Source: Candidatus Altimarinota bacterium (GTDB taxonomy: Bacteria; Patescibacteriota; Gracilibacteria; UBA1369). Taken from it: a DNA stretch of 64,000 bases. This document shows, in pieces, positions 16,466 through 26,297 of the stretch. The position numbers and the translations under genes were made by a program. The notes below the pieces were generated by a model, which was given only the letters and a program-made list of their open reading frames with translations, was not told the origin of the DNA and ran no database searches. Location: positions 320,001 to 384,000 of the forward strand of contig OY782391.1 of NCBI GenBank assembly GCA_963677745.1, given 5' to 3'. The first letter of the stretch is position 1; every line of letters starts with the position of its first letter.

Positions 16466-16700
16466 TCAAACTCTCTATATTGGTTCCACCAACGACCTGC
16501 CCAAAAGACTGCATGCCCACAATCACCTCAAATCGGGGGCCAGATATACCAAAGCCCGGCGTCCGGTCCGGCTTATTTATCAGGAAAATTTCGAAACTTT
16601 CAGCGAGGCCAAAAAACGCGAGGCCGTTTTAAAAAGACTTTCCCGCAAAGAAAAACTTCTGCTAATCGCTGCCGGATTGCCCACTACAGAACGGATTTGA
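16416..16700 (+). CDS. GIY-YIG nuclease family protein (UPF0213/YhbQ-like)
   Basis: [44 protein letters not shown]..LK. Confidence 0.9.
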   Translation: [94 protein letters not shown]

Positions 16701-16716
16701 TACAGCCTTTCCATTT

Positions 16717-17406
16717 TTACCAGAGCGGAGCTTCCACCAGTTTTGCCGTTTCTCCCCAGACTTTCAGAGGATTTGACTGATGAGGATGACCTTCCACCTG
16801 TACTATTTTCCAGGGAACCAGCTGATCCGTTGGCAAACCGTCCTTTTCCAGAATGGCTTTGGAAGGCAAAAAGACCAGATTCTCCTCGTCCATCATGCGA
16901 ATCACCACCATAGTATAGTCCTGCTCAAACTTTACCGAAACAATGCGACCGCCCAGCGTAGTGTTTCGGTCAAAATCGTAACTGTCCCTGGGTTCAAAAT
17001 TCTGATCGGGTGACCGCTTGATGGTATCAGGATTCATCTGATAGTTGATGGCTGCTATCTTCCAACTGCCGTCTTCTTTGGCAAATCCCACCAGCATTTC
17101 AATCCGCTGTGTTTTACCGGGATTCTGGACGTCGTTAAGGTTGGCAGTCAGATTAAGCGCAGCTTTTTCTCCTTCGGTTCCCAAATTTTCCACCTGATAA
17201 GAGATAGGCTGCATGGCCACCGCCATATCGGCAAACTGCGCCAGCTCCTCCGGTCCGATTTCCGGCGGATACATCTCCGACTGTAACCGGCCGGTTAAAA
17301 GTTTTTTGGCTTCGTCAAAATTTCTGGCGCGCACCGCCGAAACATATTGATCATAGACAGCCTGTAAATCGGCGACAGCAGGTGAATTGGAATTATTTTC
17401 GGTCAT
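16717..17406 (-). CDS. Hypothetical protein with NTF2-like N-terminal domain
   Basis: YVSAVRARNFDEAKKLL...KEDGSWKI pattern. Confidence 0.7.
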   Translation of the reverse strand: MTENNSNSPAVADLQAVYDQYVSAVRARNFDEAKKLLTGRLQSEMYPPEIGPEELAQFADMAVAMQPISYQVENLGTEGEKAALNLTANLNDVQNPGKTQRIEMLVGFAKEDGSWKIAAINYQMNPDTIKRSPDQNFEPRDSYDFDRNTTLGGRIVSVKFEQDYTMVVIRMMDEENLVFLPSKAILEKDGLPTDQLVPWKIVQVEGHPHQSNPLKVWGETAKLVEAPLW

Positions 17407-17456
17407 GGTAAATAATTAGAAACTAATCCAATTATAAACCTTTTTACCAAAAATCT

Positions 17457-18143
17457 TCACGGCAAATCTGACCAGTCATCATCAAAATCAATCTTCAATT
17501 CTTCAAGATTGTGTTTTTCATTCTTGTCCCGGACAATCGTGCTCACCACCAGGCGCTTGAAAAGAGCCTGATTCAAACGATAGATCAGCACGCCCCCCAA
17601 CTTCCCCAGGCAGGTTAAATCTTCTTCCCGGATTTGAGAGACAACCTGAATTACTCTTTTCTGCTGGCTCAGATCATTACAGCGATCGATAAATTTACTT
17701 TCAATAAATAATTTTACCTTTGCCAGCCAGTCTCCCTCCAGATCAAACAGATAAACTATCCCCTGATCCACCAGTACCCTTTCCATCTGTTGCGGCGTGG
17801 GAGCCAGTTGCTCCTCCTCCATTTCAAACAGATAAGCCATACGTCCTTTCAGACGGGGCAGTTTACCAATATCCCCCGCGGATATTTTGGCTTTCACTAT
17901 CCTTTCAAACACCGCAATCGCCCGGCGCTTAACGGCGCTGATAATGCGGCTGCGTTCCTCTTCTTCAGAAGCCAAAGTCATCTCAGACAACCTGGTGCCA
18001 TTGAGCAATACCTGCTCCATCAAATCATGCACACACCTCTGAAAAGGATCCAAAGCTCCCAGTACTGGTGGATTACCGGAAGTCTCCGTTTCTTTATCAT
18101 CTATTTTTTCTGAATTGTCTTTCATCAATCTGGCCATCATCAT
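17457..18143 (-). CDS. Hypothetical protein
   Basis: 228-aa ORF with no recognised motif. Confidence 0.65.
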   Translation of the reverse strand: MMMARLMKDNSEKIDDKETETSGNPPVLGALDPFQRCVHDLMEQVLLNGTRLSEMTLASEEEERSRIISAVKRRAIAVFERIVKAKISAGDIGKLPRLKGRMAYLFEMEEEQLAPTPQQMERVLVDQGIVYLFDLEGDWLAKVKLFIESKFIDRCNDLSQQKRVIQVVSQIREEDLTCLGKLGGVLIYRLNQALFKRLVVSTIVRDKNEKHNLEELKIDFDDDWSDLP

Positions 18144-18253
18144 AGATAAGACGGTATCTTATCTCATTTTAGCGTTTTGTCAACAGCCTTTGAGCTTCTA
18201 AAACGATCGTGAATTCTGTAAAATCAAAATGTGTTTTTAATTTAAATTCCAAC

Positions 18254-18610
18254 ATGAATCTAAAAAAACAAATGATCGGAATAGGACTCTTAACAACCAT
18301 TTTACTGGCCGGATGCGGCGCAGCCACTTTCGAGAATTTCAGTCTGATCGGTTCGGCCAAAGATGTTAAAGATTCCACCATCGGAAAAAATATCCAGAAA
18401 ATATATATGACGGACGGTAAACTGGAAGACGTGTGCAGCGAACAGGCCAATCTGATTACCGCCGCCAACTGGAAAGTCAGTGACGAAATGCGGAAAGAAA
18501 GCACTTACCATACCGCCACCTACACCGACGGCCAGGCCTATCTGACCCTGATGTGCAGCCAACAGGAAAACAATGCCGGCATCAAAGTAACTTTGACCCT
18601 GCAAAAATAA
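18254..18610 (+). CDS. Lipoprotein
   Basis: Lipobox LLAGC after an MNLKK signal peptide. Confidence 0.8.
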   Translation: MNLKKQMIGIGLLTTILLAGCGAATFENFSLIGSAKDVKDSTIGKNIQKIYMTDGKLEDVCSEQANLITAANWKVSDEMRKESTYHTATYTDGQAYLTLMCSQQENNAGIKVTLTLQK

Positions 18611-18629
18611 ATACCTAACAACTTATCTT

Positions 18630-18926
18630 ATGTCCTTTAAAAAAGCAGTCTACCTTTTTCTGACGATGATTCTGTTCGTGATGCTGATGAGCATCATCCA
18701 TACTTTTCTGAATTTCTGGTATTTCTACGCCTTCGCCACCGAGCTCAGCCAGCCCACGCTCACCACTTTTTGGCTTTTCTCCACCTATCTGCCGGTCTAT
18801 GTTCCGGTCCTGTTGCTGATCGCCGGACTGATCAGCGGCTTCTTTGTCGGCATGCGCTGGTGGCAGATTGTATATGTGGAAAAACGGCATTGGAGCTTCC
18901 GGAAAAAGACTAATCGAAAAAAATAA
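18630..18926 (+). CDS. Small 2-TM membrane protein
   Basis: Two hydrophobic helices and a GMRWWQIVYVE tail; stop overlaps next start. Confidence 0.75.
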   Translation: MSFKKAVYLFLTMILFVMLMSIIHTFLNFWYFYAFATELSQPTLTTFWLFSTYLPVYVPVLLLIAGLISGFFVGMRWWQIVYVEKRHWSFRKKTNRKK

Positions 18927-20461
18927 TGAAAAATTTTTTCAGGATTCTGCTTTTTTCTTTTATTATTGGCAGCTTTTCCTCAACCGCGCTGGCGGTACCG
19001 CCACCTGATTTTCTTTTTAATATCGGTGGACAGTTGATTCAGGTTTTTTCCATATTGATGATTTTTTTGTCGGCCGCCTCAGTCACCGTTACCCAGTTTT
19101 TAAAAGCCTACCTGAAAAAATTCAAACATAAAAAAGCGCTCTGGATCGGATTGGCAGTAGCGATTGTGGCAATCTCTTCCCTGAGTGCCTATTTTTATCA
19201 GCAATACGCTCAAAAACAGGCTTATCAGGAGTGGATTTCCGAAAGTGAAGCGGCTCAACCAGTCGGTGACAATTTTGAAAATCCGCTGGATCAGCTGAAA
19301 ATTGCCGACACTGCCACTTCCACCACTCCCGCCTCAGCAGCACCCGCCATCGCTGCCCCGTCCGAACCGGAAAGCCGCTATATCCAATTTATCAGACAGT
19401 ACTATTCCAATCTGACCAACGGCAAAATCGACGAAGCCTATGCAGTCTCCAAAAAATCCGTACCCCTGGAAACCTTCCGCAGCTGGTATACCAACACCAG
19501 TGCTATTTCCATCGACAGCCTTCAGTCTATCGACCAATATAAATATTCGCTGCGTCTGACCCTGACCGAAAATAATGAGACTCAGTCCTATGCCACTCTG
19601 CTGACCCTGGCCGAAGATGCTTCCGGACAAATCCGGATCGCCGAATCCCAGGTCAGAACACTGGGTGCGCCCGTACCGGTTACCACCACTTCTGCCGCAA
19701 CTACTGCAACAACGATTCCTGCCACTGCGACCGTTCCGGCCGCGACGCCCGCCGCCCAGCCCTCTCTTCCGACTTCCGACGATAACAGTTTCTTCAATCA
19801 AAACCGCACTCTGCCCGTAGCAATCAATAACACTGACTTCCAAAAAGCAGCCGGAACCAATCCTCTTCTCTATGTTCTGGATGCCCGCGAAGACGAGGAA
19901 TATGACATCGGGCAGTACCCGGGCAGTCACCACATCCGTTTTGCCGACCTGGCGGCGGGCGAATGGATACAGGTACCCACCGACCGCGTCGTTTACGTCT
20001 TCTGCTGGTCGGGCATGCGCGGCAAAGAAGTGGCGGATTTTCTGCGGACCAAAAATATCGTCGCCCGCTATATTGAAAATGGCGCCGACGACTGGGTGAA
20101 TTTCGGCGGCCAGTGGAACGGCAGTGTCAAATTTTCCTCCCGCTATGGCGAAGCCCGTTATCAGAAAGTTTTCACTTTGAGCGAAATGAAGAAACAGATC
20201 GAAACGGGCACAGTGATCGTGGACTCCCGGCCTGCCAATAAATATGCCAAACACCACCTTCCCGACAGCATCAATATTCCGATGATTTACACCTCCACCA
20301 GCAAAATACCGGCCGCCCTGGCCCAGGTACCGGCGGGCAAGACAGTAATCACCGTCTGCGATGATTTCATCAGTTGTTTTGACGCCAAAGTCACGGGAAT
20401 CAAGCTGGAAAAAGAGGGACATATATTCTTAGGCCGTTATAACAAACCATGGGAATTTTAG
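18926..20461 (+). CDS. Membrane-anchored tandem rhodanese-domain protein
   Basis: VLDAREDEEYDIGQYPGS..CWSGMRG and IVDSRPANKYAKHHLPDSINIP..C; N-terminal TMs; Thr/Ala/Pro linker. Confidence 0.85.
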   Translation: MKNFFRILLFSFIIGSFSSTALAVPPPDFLFNIGGQLIQVFSILMIFLSAASVTVTQFLKAYLKKFKHKKALWIGLAVAIVAISSLSAYFYQQYAQKQAYQEWISESEAAQPVGDNFENPLDQLKIADTATSTTPASAAPAIAAPSEPESRYIQFIRQYYSNLTNGKIDEAYAVSKKSVPLETFRSWYTNTSAISIDSLQSIDQYKYSLRLTLTENNETQSYATLLTLAEDASGQIRIAESQVRTLGAPVPVTTTSAATTATTIPATATVPAATPAAQPSLPTSDDNSFFNQNRTLPVAINNTDFQKAAGTNPLLYVLDAREDEEYDIGQYPGSHHIRFADLAAGEWIQVPTDRVVYVFCWSGMRGKEVADFLRTKNIVARYIENGADDWVNFGGQWNGSVKFSSRYGEARYQKVFTLSEMKKQIETGTVIVDSRPANKYAKHHLPDSINIPMIYTSTSKIPAALAQVPAGKTVITVCDDFISCFDAKVTGIKLEKEGHIFLGRYNKPWEF

Positions 20462-22488
20462 AAAACCTGATTGTGTTTCCACGGGATTTTGACCGGTTCA
20501 AAGAACAGATCGGCAAAAAAACTCTCAACCTGAAACAACTGGTTGATCTGGACTACCGGGTCCCGGGCTATCTTGCCATTCCCTCCTCCGTCTGCACCCG
20601 GATTTTTCAGGACTCCGGAAAAATCCTGCTGGATCAGATTTGCCGGCAGATCAGGGAAGAAGCTCCCTATTCACTTTATGCCGTCCGCTCCAGCGCTTTG
20701 ATCGAAGACAGCAGTGAAAAAAGTCTGGCCGGCCAGTTTCACACCGAAATTGAGGTTGCCCCCGACCAACTGGCCAGCGCCATCATGACGGTACTAAAGC
20801 AGGCTCACCATTTTTTGGACGGCCAACTCGGACAATTTTCCATACTGATCCAGCAATATATTATTCCGGATTACGCGGGAGTTGCCTTTACCCGCGACCC
20901 CTTGGGCAACCGGGAAATTGTCCTGGAATATCATCGCGGCCGCGGTGAAGAATTGGTGAGCGGTAAAATCAAACCGGAGCGGCTGAAATTTCTGCCCGGC
21001 AATGTCCCCGCCGTATCGGCCCTTCCCGATTTAAAAAATATTGCGCGAAAATTCCGCGAAATTGAAAAACATTTCGGATTTGCCCAGGACATCGAGTGGT
21101 GCCTGAAAAACGGAACATGGTATTTTCTGCAGACCAGACCGGTTACGACCATCAGCGTCAGTCAGTATGAACAATGCCTGTACCTTGATCAAATTTTGCC
21201 TGCCGGAGAAAATTATTATTATGAAAAGACCGAAATTTCAGAGATTGCACCCGCTCCCACACCTTTCACCTGGAGTCTGCTGGAGAAAATCTATGCTCCC
21301 AATGGACCGGTTTCCCAGGTCTATCAAAAATACGGAGTCCATTACGCCGGAAAAAGTTTCCTGCTAAAAATCGGCAATGAACTGCTGGTGGACCGGGAAC
21401 GGGAATTGGCAAACTACCTGCCTTCCTACAGTTATTTTTCCGGGAAACAACTCCAGCCACGTCTGGCCCGCCTGTCGGGAATTTTTAAAACCATTGGAAA
21501 CATCCTGGCACTGAACCGGATTTCACTTCAAAACGATACTCTGTCCAAAACAATCAAAGAAGCACTGGAACAACCGGCGGAAAAATCTCCGGACTTCACG
21601 GAGCTGCTGCAACTGTTTATGAACAATTACCAATTGATCTTCGAAGCCAACCTGCTGGCCGACAAAGCTCTGAAAAATCTGACCCTGGCCGTTAAAAACG
21701 AGCCGATCGGTATCGCCGATTTACTGGGGGCCAGGCCCCCCTTCAATTACGAACCTCCGCCGGTACCCGTTCTGCCCGATTCCAGTTGGACTGGCAACGC
21801 TCTGGAGATCGCCAATGAGGAAAATTTCACGGTTTTCTCCCCCGCAATTCACGGCAGCAAGACGGTTGACTCCTGGTGGAGAGACCTTCCGGCCTGGAAA
21901 CAAACCTGGCTGAAACCGGTTATCTCCCAGGCTCTCTATTTCACAAAAATCCGCGAATACGGACGCTGGCTGACCGTCAAAGGAATCAACCAATTACGCC
22001 GGGAAATTTTGGAACAAGCCCGGCAAGCCGGCTTCAAAACTCCCCGGGATGCATATTTTGCGGAAATCGAAGAACTTCTCACGGGAAATTTCTCCGAAAA
22101 AAATTGTCGGCCCCGCAAAATCATCTTTGAAAAACAATCACAATTCCATTTTCCGTCACGGCTGACCAATATCTGCCATGAAGAAAAAAAACAACTGCAG
22201 GGAGTGTCCGCCGGCGTAGCCGGCGGACAACTGGTGACACTCGACCAGTTAGACGCACCGGGGGATAAAATTCTCTATACCAAGACTTTGACACCCGATC
22301 TGACAGCCTATTTCGACCAAATCAAAGGAATAGTTTCCGAAGAGGGAGGTTTGCTTTCCCACCTGGCCATCATGGCCCGTGAAAACAAACTGCCGGTGAT
22401 AGTCGGATTCAGCCTGTCTGACAGCAAGATCAAAATTGGCGACCGCCTGCGGATCGACGGTAATACCGGAACGATTTCCAACGGTTGA
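20449..22488 (+). CDS. PEP/pyruvate-binding ATP-grasp plus phosphohistidine swivel protein (PEP synthase/rifampin phosphotransferase-like architecture)
   Basis: AVRSSALIEDSSEKSLAGQF, QDIEW..LQTRPVT and GGLLSHLAIMARE motifs. Confidence 0.88.
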   Translation: MGILENLIVFPRDFDRFKEQIGKKTLNLKQLVDLDYRVPGYLAIPSSVCTRIFQDSGKILLDQICRQIREEAPYSLYAVRSSALIEDSSEKSLAGQFHTEIEVAPDQLASAIMTVLKQAHHFLDGQLGQFSILIQQYIIPDYAGVAFTRDPLGNREIVLEYHRGRGEELVSGKIKPERLKFLPGNVPAVSALPDLKNIARKFREIEKHFGFAQDIEWCLKNGTWYFLQTRPVTTISVSQYEQCLYLDQILPAGENYYYEKTEISEIAPAPTPFTWSLLEKIYAPNGPVSQVYQKYGVHYAGKSFLLKIGNELLVDRERELANYLPSYSYFSGKQLQPRLARLSGIFKTIGNILALNRISLQNDTLSKTIKEALEQPAEKSPDFTELLQLFMNNYQLIFEANLLADKALKNLTLAVKNEPIGIADLLGARPPFNYEPPPVPVLPDSSWTGNALEIANEENFTVFSPAIHGSKTVDSWWRDLPAWKQTWLKPVISQALYFTKIREYGRWLTVKGINQLRREILEQARQAGFKTPRDAYFAEIEELLTGNFSEKNCRPRKIIFEKQSQFHFPSRLTNICHEEKKQLQGVSAGVAGGQLVTLDQLDAPGDKILYTKTLTPDLTAYFDQIKGIVSEEGGLLSHLAIMARENKLPVIVGFSLSDSKIKIGDRLRIDGNTGTISNG

Positions 22489-22506
22489 ATTACTCCCGCC
22501 GGTCAA

Positions 22507-23307
22507 TCAAAGACACCCGCAAACCGCCGCATCCAGTTGCCGGGCAACTTCTGTTTCCGGACACTTGAGAACAAGGGACATTTCCCGGGCCAGCATTTCC
22601 CGGGCCTTTTTAAGCAGCATGCTTTCGCCATAGGACAGAATGTTTTTTTGAACCTTGGTTCTGGATAAATCGCGAAAGACCTCTGCCAGATCAAAGACCG
22701 ATCCGGTAGTCATTTTCTCTTTATAAACACGGAAACGCCTGACCCAGATTTCATCCGAATCTACCGGACGGTTTCCCAGAATTTCAAAAATTTCCTGTAC
22801 CTGCTCGCGGGGAATCAGCAGACGCATCCTGACCTCTTTGGACATTTCCAGAGGAACCATCACTTTGTGCTCGGTGTTGATTATTTTTAAGACAAAAAAC
22901 TTTTGTTTTTGCCCGGCAATAATCATCTCTCTCAATTCTGTCACTTCCGTTACACCGAAGCCGGGATAGACCGCCAAATCTCCGACCTTAAATCCTTCCT
23001 CCGCCTGTTCGGAAACCAGCTCGCCTTTCTTAACTTTCACCCCGTGATCATCCGGCCGGCCATAAAGCCCCTTCACTTCATCTTTTTCCAGCACCGAAAC
23101 GGCAATTTCATATCTTTTGTTCTCGGCTTTGCGTATTCCGGCCACCTCTCCGGCCACTTCATCCGGCGGCTTGGGTCCGCTGGGCTGTACTACTTCGGCT
23201 GCCTCAATGCTCTGTCCGTCTTCCAAATCCCTGTCAGCCTGCCAAACCAACAGATCTTCTTCAGCCGTCGACAAAACTTGCCCTTCGTTTTTATTGTCCG
23301 GCATCAT
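22507..23307 (-). CDS. carD: CarD family transcription factor with acidic N-terminal extension
   Basis: FKVGDLAVYPGFGV, VMVP, WVRRFR..KMTTGS..LAEVFRDL, LSYGE. Confidence 0.85.
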   Translation of the reverse strand: MMPDNKNEGQVLSTAEEDLLVWQADRDLEDGQSIEAAEVVQPSGPKPPDEVAGEVAGIRKAENKRYEIAVSVLEKDEVKGLYGRPDDHGVKVKKGELVSEQAEEGFKVGDLAVYPGFGVTEVTELREMIIAGQKQKFFVLKIINTEHKVMVPLEMSKEVRMRLLIPREQVQEIFEILGNRPVDSDEIWVRRFRVYKEKMTTGSVFDLAEVFRDLSRTKVQKNILSYGESMLLKKAREMLAREMSLVLKCPETEVARQLDAAVCGCL

Positions 23308-23412
23308 GCAATTACATTTAATTACACCACAAGCTTGGAACCTGTCGTATTTTTTGTCAATAGGAGCTGGCCGTAAGACTAACCCCAAACCCACAACTAA
23401 TCCCCGAAATTT

Positions 23413-24603
23413 TTATCCAACAAAAGTCAGAGCCATCCCGCGTTTTTCGGCGCGGCCTGTACGTCCGATCCGGTGTATATAGTCGTCATAAGTGGCCGGC
23501 AAATCGTAATTGATCACGTGACTGACATCGGCAATGTCCAGGCCGCGCGCCGCCACATCCGTGGCGATCAGTACCTGCACCCGGTTGGACTTGAAATCAT
23601 TCAGAGCCGACTGTCTTTTGCCCTGGGATTTGTTGCCGTGAATGGAAGCCACCTTAAAACCGTTATTGATCAGATGTTTGGACAGCTTTTCCACACCGTG
23701 TTTGGTTTTGCCAAACACCAGTACTTTCTGGAATTCTTTTTTGACCAGCAATTCCTGCAATATATCAACTCTCTGTCTGCCTCCGCTGATGCGGATAACG
23801 TCCTGATCGATAGTGGCCGCCGTATCACGAACCTTCACGGAAATCCGCTCGGGATTTTTCAAAAAGTCATTGATTAGTGCCTCCACCTCGCGGGGTAGAG
23901 TCGCAGAAAAGAACAGCGTCTGGCGATCCTTGGGAATGGTGGAAAATATCATTTTGATATCGGGCATAAATCCCATATCCAGCATCCGGTCAGCCTCATC
24001 CAGCACCACATTGTGACAAATGCTGAGATTGAGCACCTTTCTCTGAATCAGATCTTTGATGCGGCCGGGAGTACCGATGATAAAACTGACGTTTCTGCGT
24101 AAATCACGAATCTGCGCCATAATATTGGCACCACCGATACAAAGTGCGGTTGTAATCCCCAGACCGGAAGAAAAGATAATAAACTCCTCTTTGATCTGTT
24201 GGGCCAGTTCTCTGGTCGGAGCCAGAATCAATACTTTTTCATTGCGGTTTTTCAGTACTTTATTCAGTAACGGCAATAAAAATGCCGCCGTCTTGCCGGT
24301 ACCGGTATTGGCGATGCCCACCAGATCCTTGCCTTCCAGAATCAACGGGATGGACTGATCCTGAATTGGCGTAGGCTTCAGGTAGCCCTTGCGGATGACA
24401 TTTCTTTTCAGGCTTTCTTCCAGGGCAAAATCTTTAAACAAGTACTTGGGAACAAATTCCTGAACCTGTTCGGTTGCCGCGGCTCTGTTGATAAATTTGG
24501 ACACGTCAATCTGCTGGTCTCTGAACCCGCGTTTTTGATTTCCTCCAAAATGTGACGGCCCCCCCCTTCTGCCGCTGCGGCCGCCGTAGTTTCTTCTATA
24601 CAT
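23413..24603 (-). CDS. DEAD-box RNA helicase
   Basis: PTPIQ, TGTGKT, PTRELA, TPGR, DEAD, SAT, ARGLD, HRIGRTGR. Confidence 0.95.
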   Translation of the reverse strand: MYRRNYGGRSGRRGGPSHFGGNQKRGFRDQQIDVSKFINRAAATEQVQEFVPKYLFKDFALEESLKRNVIRKGYLKPTPIQDQSIPLILEGKDLVGIANTGTGKTAAFLLPLLNKVLKNRNEKVLILAPTRELAQQIKEEFIIFSSGLGITTALCIGGANIMAQIRDLRRNVSFIIGTPGRIKDLIQRKVLNLSICHNVVLDEADRMLDMGFMPDIKMIFSTIPKDRQTLFFSATLPREVEALINDFLKNPERISVKVRDTAATIDQDVIRISGGRQRVDILQELLVKKEFQKVLVFGKTKHGVEKLSKHLINNGFKVASIHGNKSQGKRQSALNDFKSNRVQVLIATDVAARGLDIADVSHVINYDLPATYDDYIHRIGRTGRAEKRGMALTFVG

Positions 24604-24695
24604 AAAAAGTTTATAGCTACTAGAAAACCGATAATATATTAAGAACACAAGAAAGTCAATAGCGCAACTATCAAATCACCAGGAGAAATTTTCCC

Positions 24696-25412
24696 CTAAA
24701 GCAACGACATTTCCAGGCGCACGGATTCGGCGATTTGCCGCACTTCCCACTCCGCTTCCTGAAGCGGAGAACTGCGGTGGAACTGCTGGGATGTCAACAA
24801 ACGTTTTCTGCGCAAATATTTTCTCAGGTATTTTTTATTGAAAACCCACAATACCAGTCCGCAAACTATAATAATTCCCGCCAGCTGGATATTGATCACC
24901 ACCGACTTTAACAGTTCCAGGTTTTTGCCCAGCGTATATCCCAGACTGCCCATCAATGAAGCCCAGGCCAGACCACCGGCTATATTAAGTCCCAAAAACA
25001 GCGCATAAGGCACCTCAAACACACCGGCCAGCAAAGCCGCATAAATTCTGAGCAGCGGCGTGAATCTGCCGATAAAAATAGTGGAACTGCCGTATTTAAG
25101 AAAAGTAATTTCAGCTTTTTTTATTTCGTGGGCCTTCATGATCTTCCATTTCTGCAGTTTGGCAAACAGGAAGTCTCTGCCCAGTTTTCGGCCGATCCAG
25201 TAACCAAAATTATCGCCGACTATCGCCGCCACCGCGGCCAATCCGATCACCGCAAAAATATTCAGATGTCCCTGGGCAGCCGCAATACTGCCGATCAGCA
25301 ACACCGTCTCCCCGGGAAACGGAAAACCCGTACATTCAATCAATATACCCAGAAAAATCACCCAATAACCGTAGGTTTGAATCAGATTTAATATAAAGTC
25401 CCAGTTTTCCAT
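24696..25412 (-). CDS. DedA family membrane protein
   Basis: PFPGETVL, GDNFGYWIGR, GRFTPLLR motifs. Confidence 0.92.
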   Translation of the reverse strand: MENWDFILNLIQTYGYWVIFLGILIECTGFPFPGETVLLIGSIAAAQGHLNIFAVIGLAAVAAIVGDNFGYWIGRKLGRDFLFAKLQKWKIMKAHEIKKAEITFLKYGSSTIFIGRFTPLLRIYAALLAGVFEVPYALFLGLNIAGGLAWASLMGSLGYTLGKNLELLKSVVINIQLAGIIIVCGLVLWVFNKKYLRKYLRRKRLLTSQQFHRSSPLQEAEWEVRQIAESVRLEMSLL

Positions 25413-25515
25413 TAGTCACAATAAAAAACGACTTAAGTCAAGCACGGGGAGTATATCCTTTTCAAAAAAAGAAAACCAGCCCAAAAATGGATCTTTTAAA
25501 AGGCTTTTTCTCCCG

Positions 25516-26274
25516 TTAAAGCACATTGGCACCCCGGCCCCCGTCAATTACGGTTACCTGACCGGTGATATTGCGTGCCTCCGGGGAAACCAAAAAATAA
25601 ACCGCGTTGGCAATATCCTGCGGCATATTGAAGCGATGAAGGGGAATCGAACTGATCCGGCGCTTCACCTCCGCCGGATTTTTCATAAACGACATAAACC
25701 CGCTCCAGGTATAGCTGGGAGCAATGGCGTTGACCCGAATCTTGGGAGCCAGCAGCAGCGCCAGTGATTTACTAAAATGTATTACCGCCGCCTTGGCCAG
25801 GGCATACTCAAAACTGCTTTTGCGCGGATAAAGACCGGCCACCGAAGCAATATTGACGATATTGCCCTTGATTTTCTGTTCCAGCATTTTTTTAGAAACC
25901 ATCTGTGAGATGAAATAGACGCTTTTCAGATCCACCGACATGGCATGATCCCAGTTTTTTTCAGTTGATTCAAAAAAGCCGTTTTCAGGATATACCCCTG
26001 CATTGTTGACCAGAACATCCACCCTGCCGAATTTTTTATAAACTGCCTGTACCAGCTTTTTCATCTCGGACATTTTGGAAAAGTCCGCCTCAAAAAACTC
26101 GGCCTTTACTCCATAATCCTTGCGCAGGGACTTCAGCAGGTCGTTCTCCTCTTTATCCCAGACATGACAATGCAGAGCCAGGAAAGCCCCCTCTTTGGCG
26201 AAGCGTTCGGCGGTCGCCCTGCCGATAGCCCTGGAAGCACCCGTAATAAACACAACCTTTCCTTTATATTTCAT
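25516..26274 (-). CDS. SDR family oxidoreductase
   Basis: TGASRAIG, NNAG, YALAK, VNAIAP, ITGQ. Confidence 0.93.
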   Translation of the reverse strand: MKYKGKVVFITGASRAIGRATAERFAKEGAFLALHCHVWDKEENDLLKSLRKDYGVKAEFFEADFSKMSEMKKLVQAVYKKFGRVDVLVNNAGVYPENGFFESTEKNWDHAMSVDLKSVYFISQMVSKKMLEQKIKGNIVNIASVAGLYPRKSSFEYALAKAAVIHFSKSLALLLAPKIRVNAIAPSYTWSGFMSFMKNPAEVKRRISSIPLHRFNMPQDIANAVYFLVSPEARNITGQVTVIDGGRGANVL

Positions 26275-26297
26275 ATTTTGATTTTATTTTTAACATT

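Noticed and set aside
19334-20422. Long antisense ORFs (also 32200-33012, 37267-38028, 55392-56135, 62222-62968)
   Set aside because: Shadow frames of well-supported genes caused by codon bias; no protein motifs.
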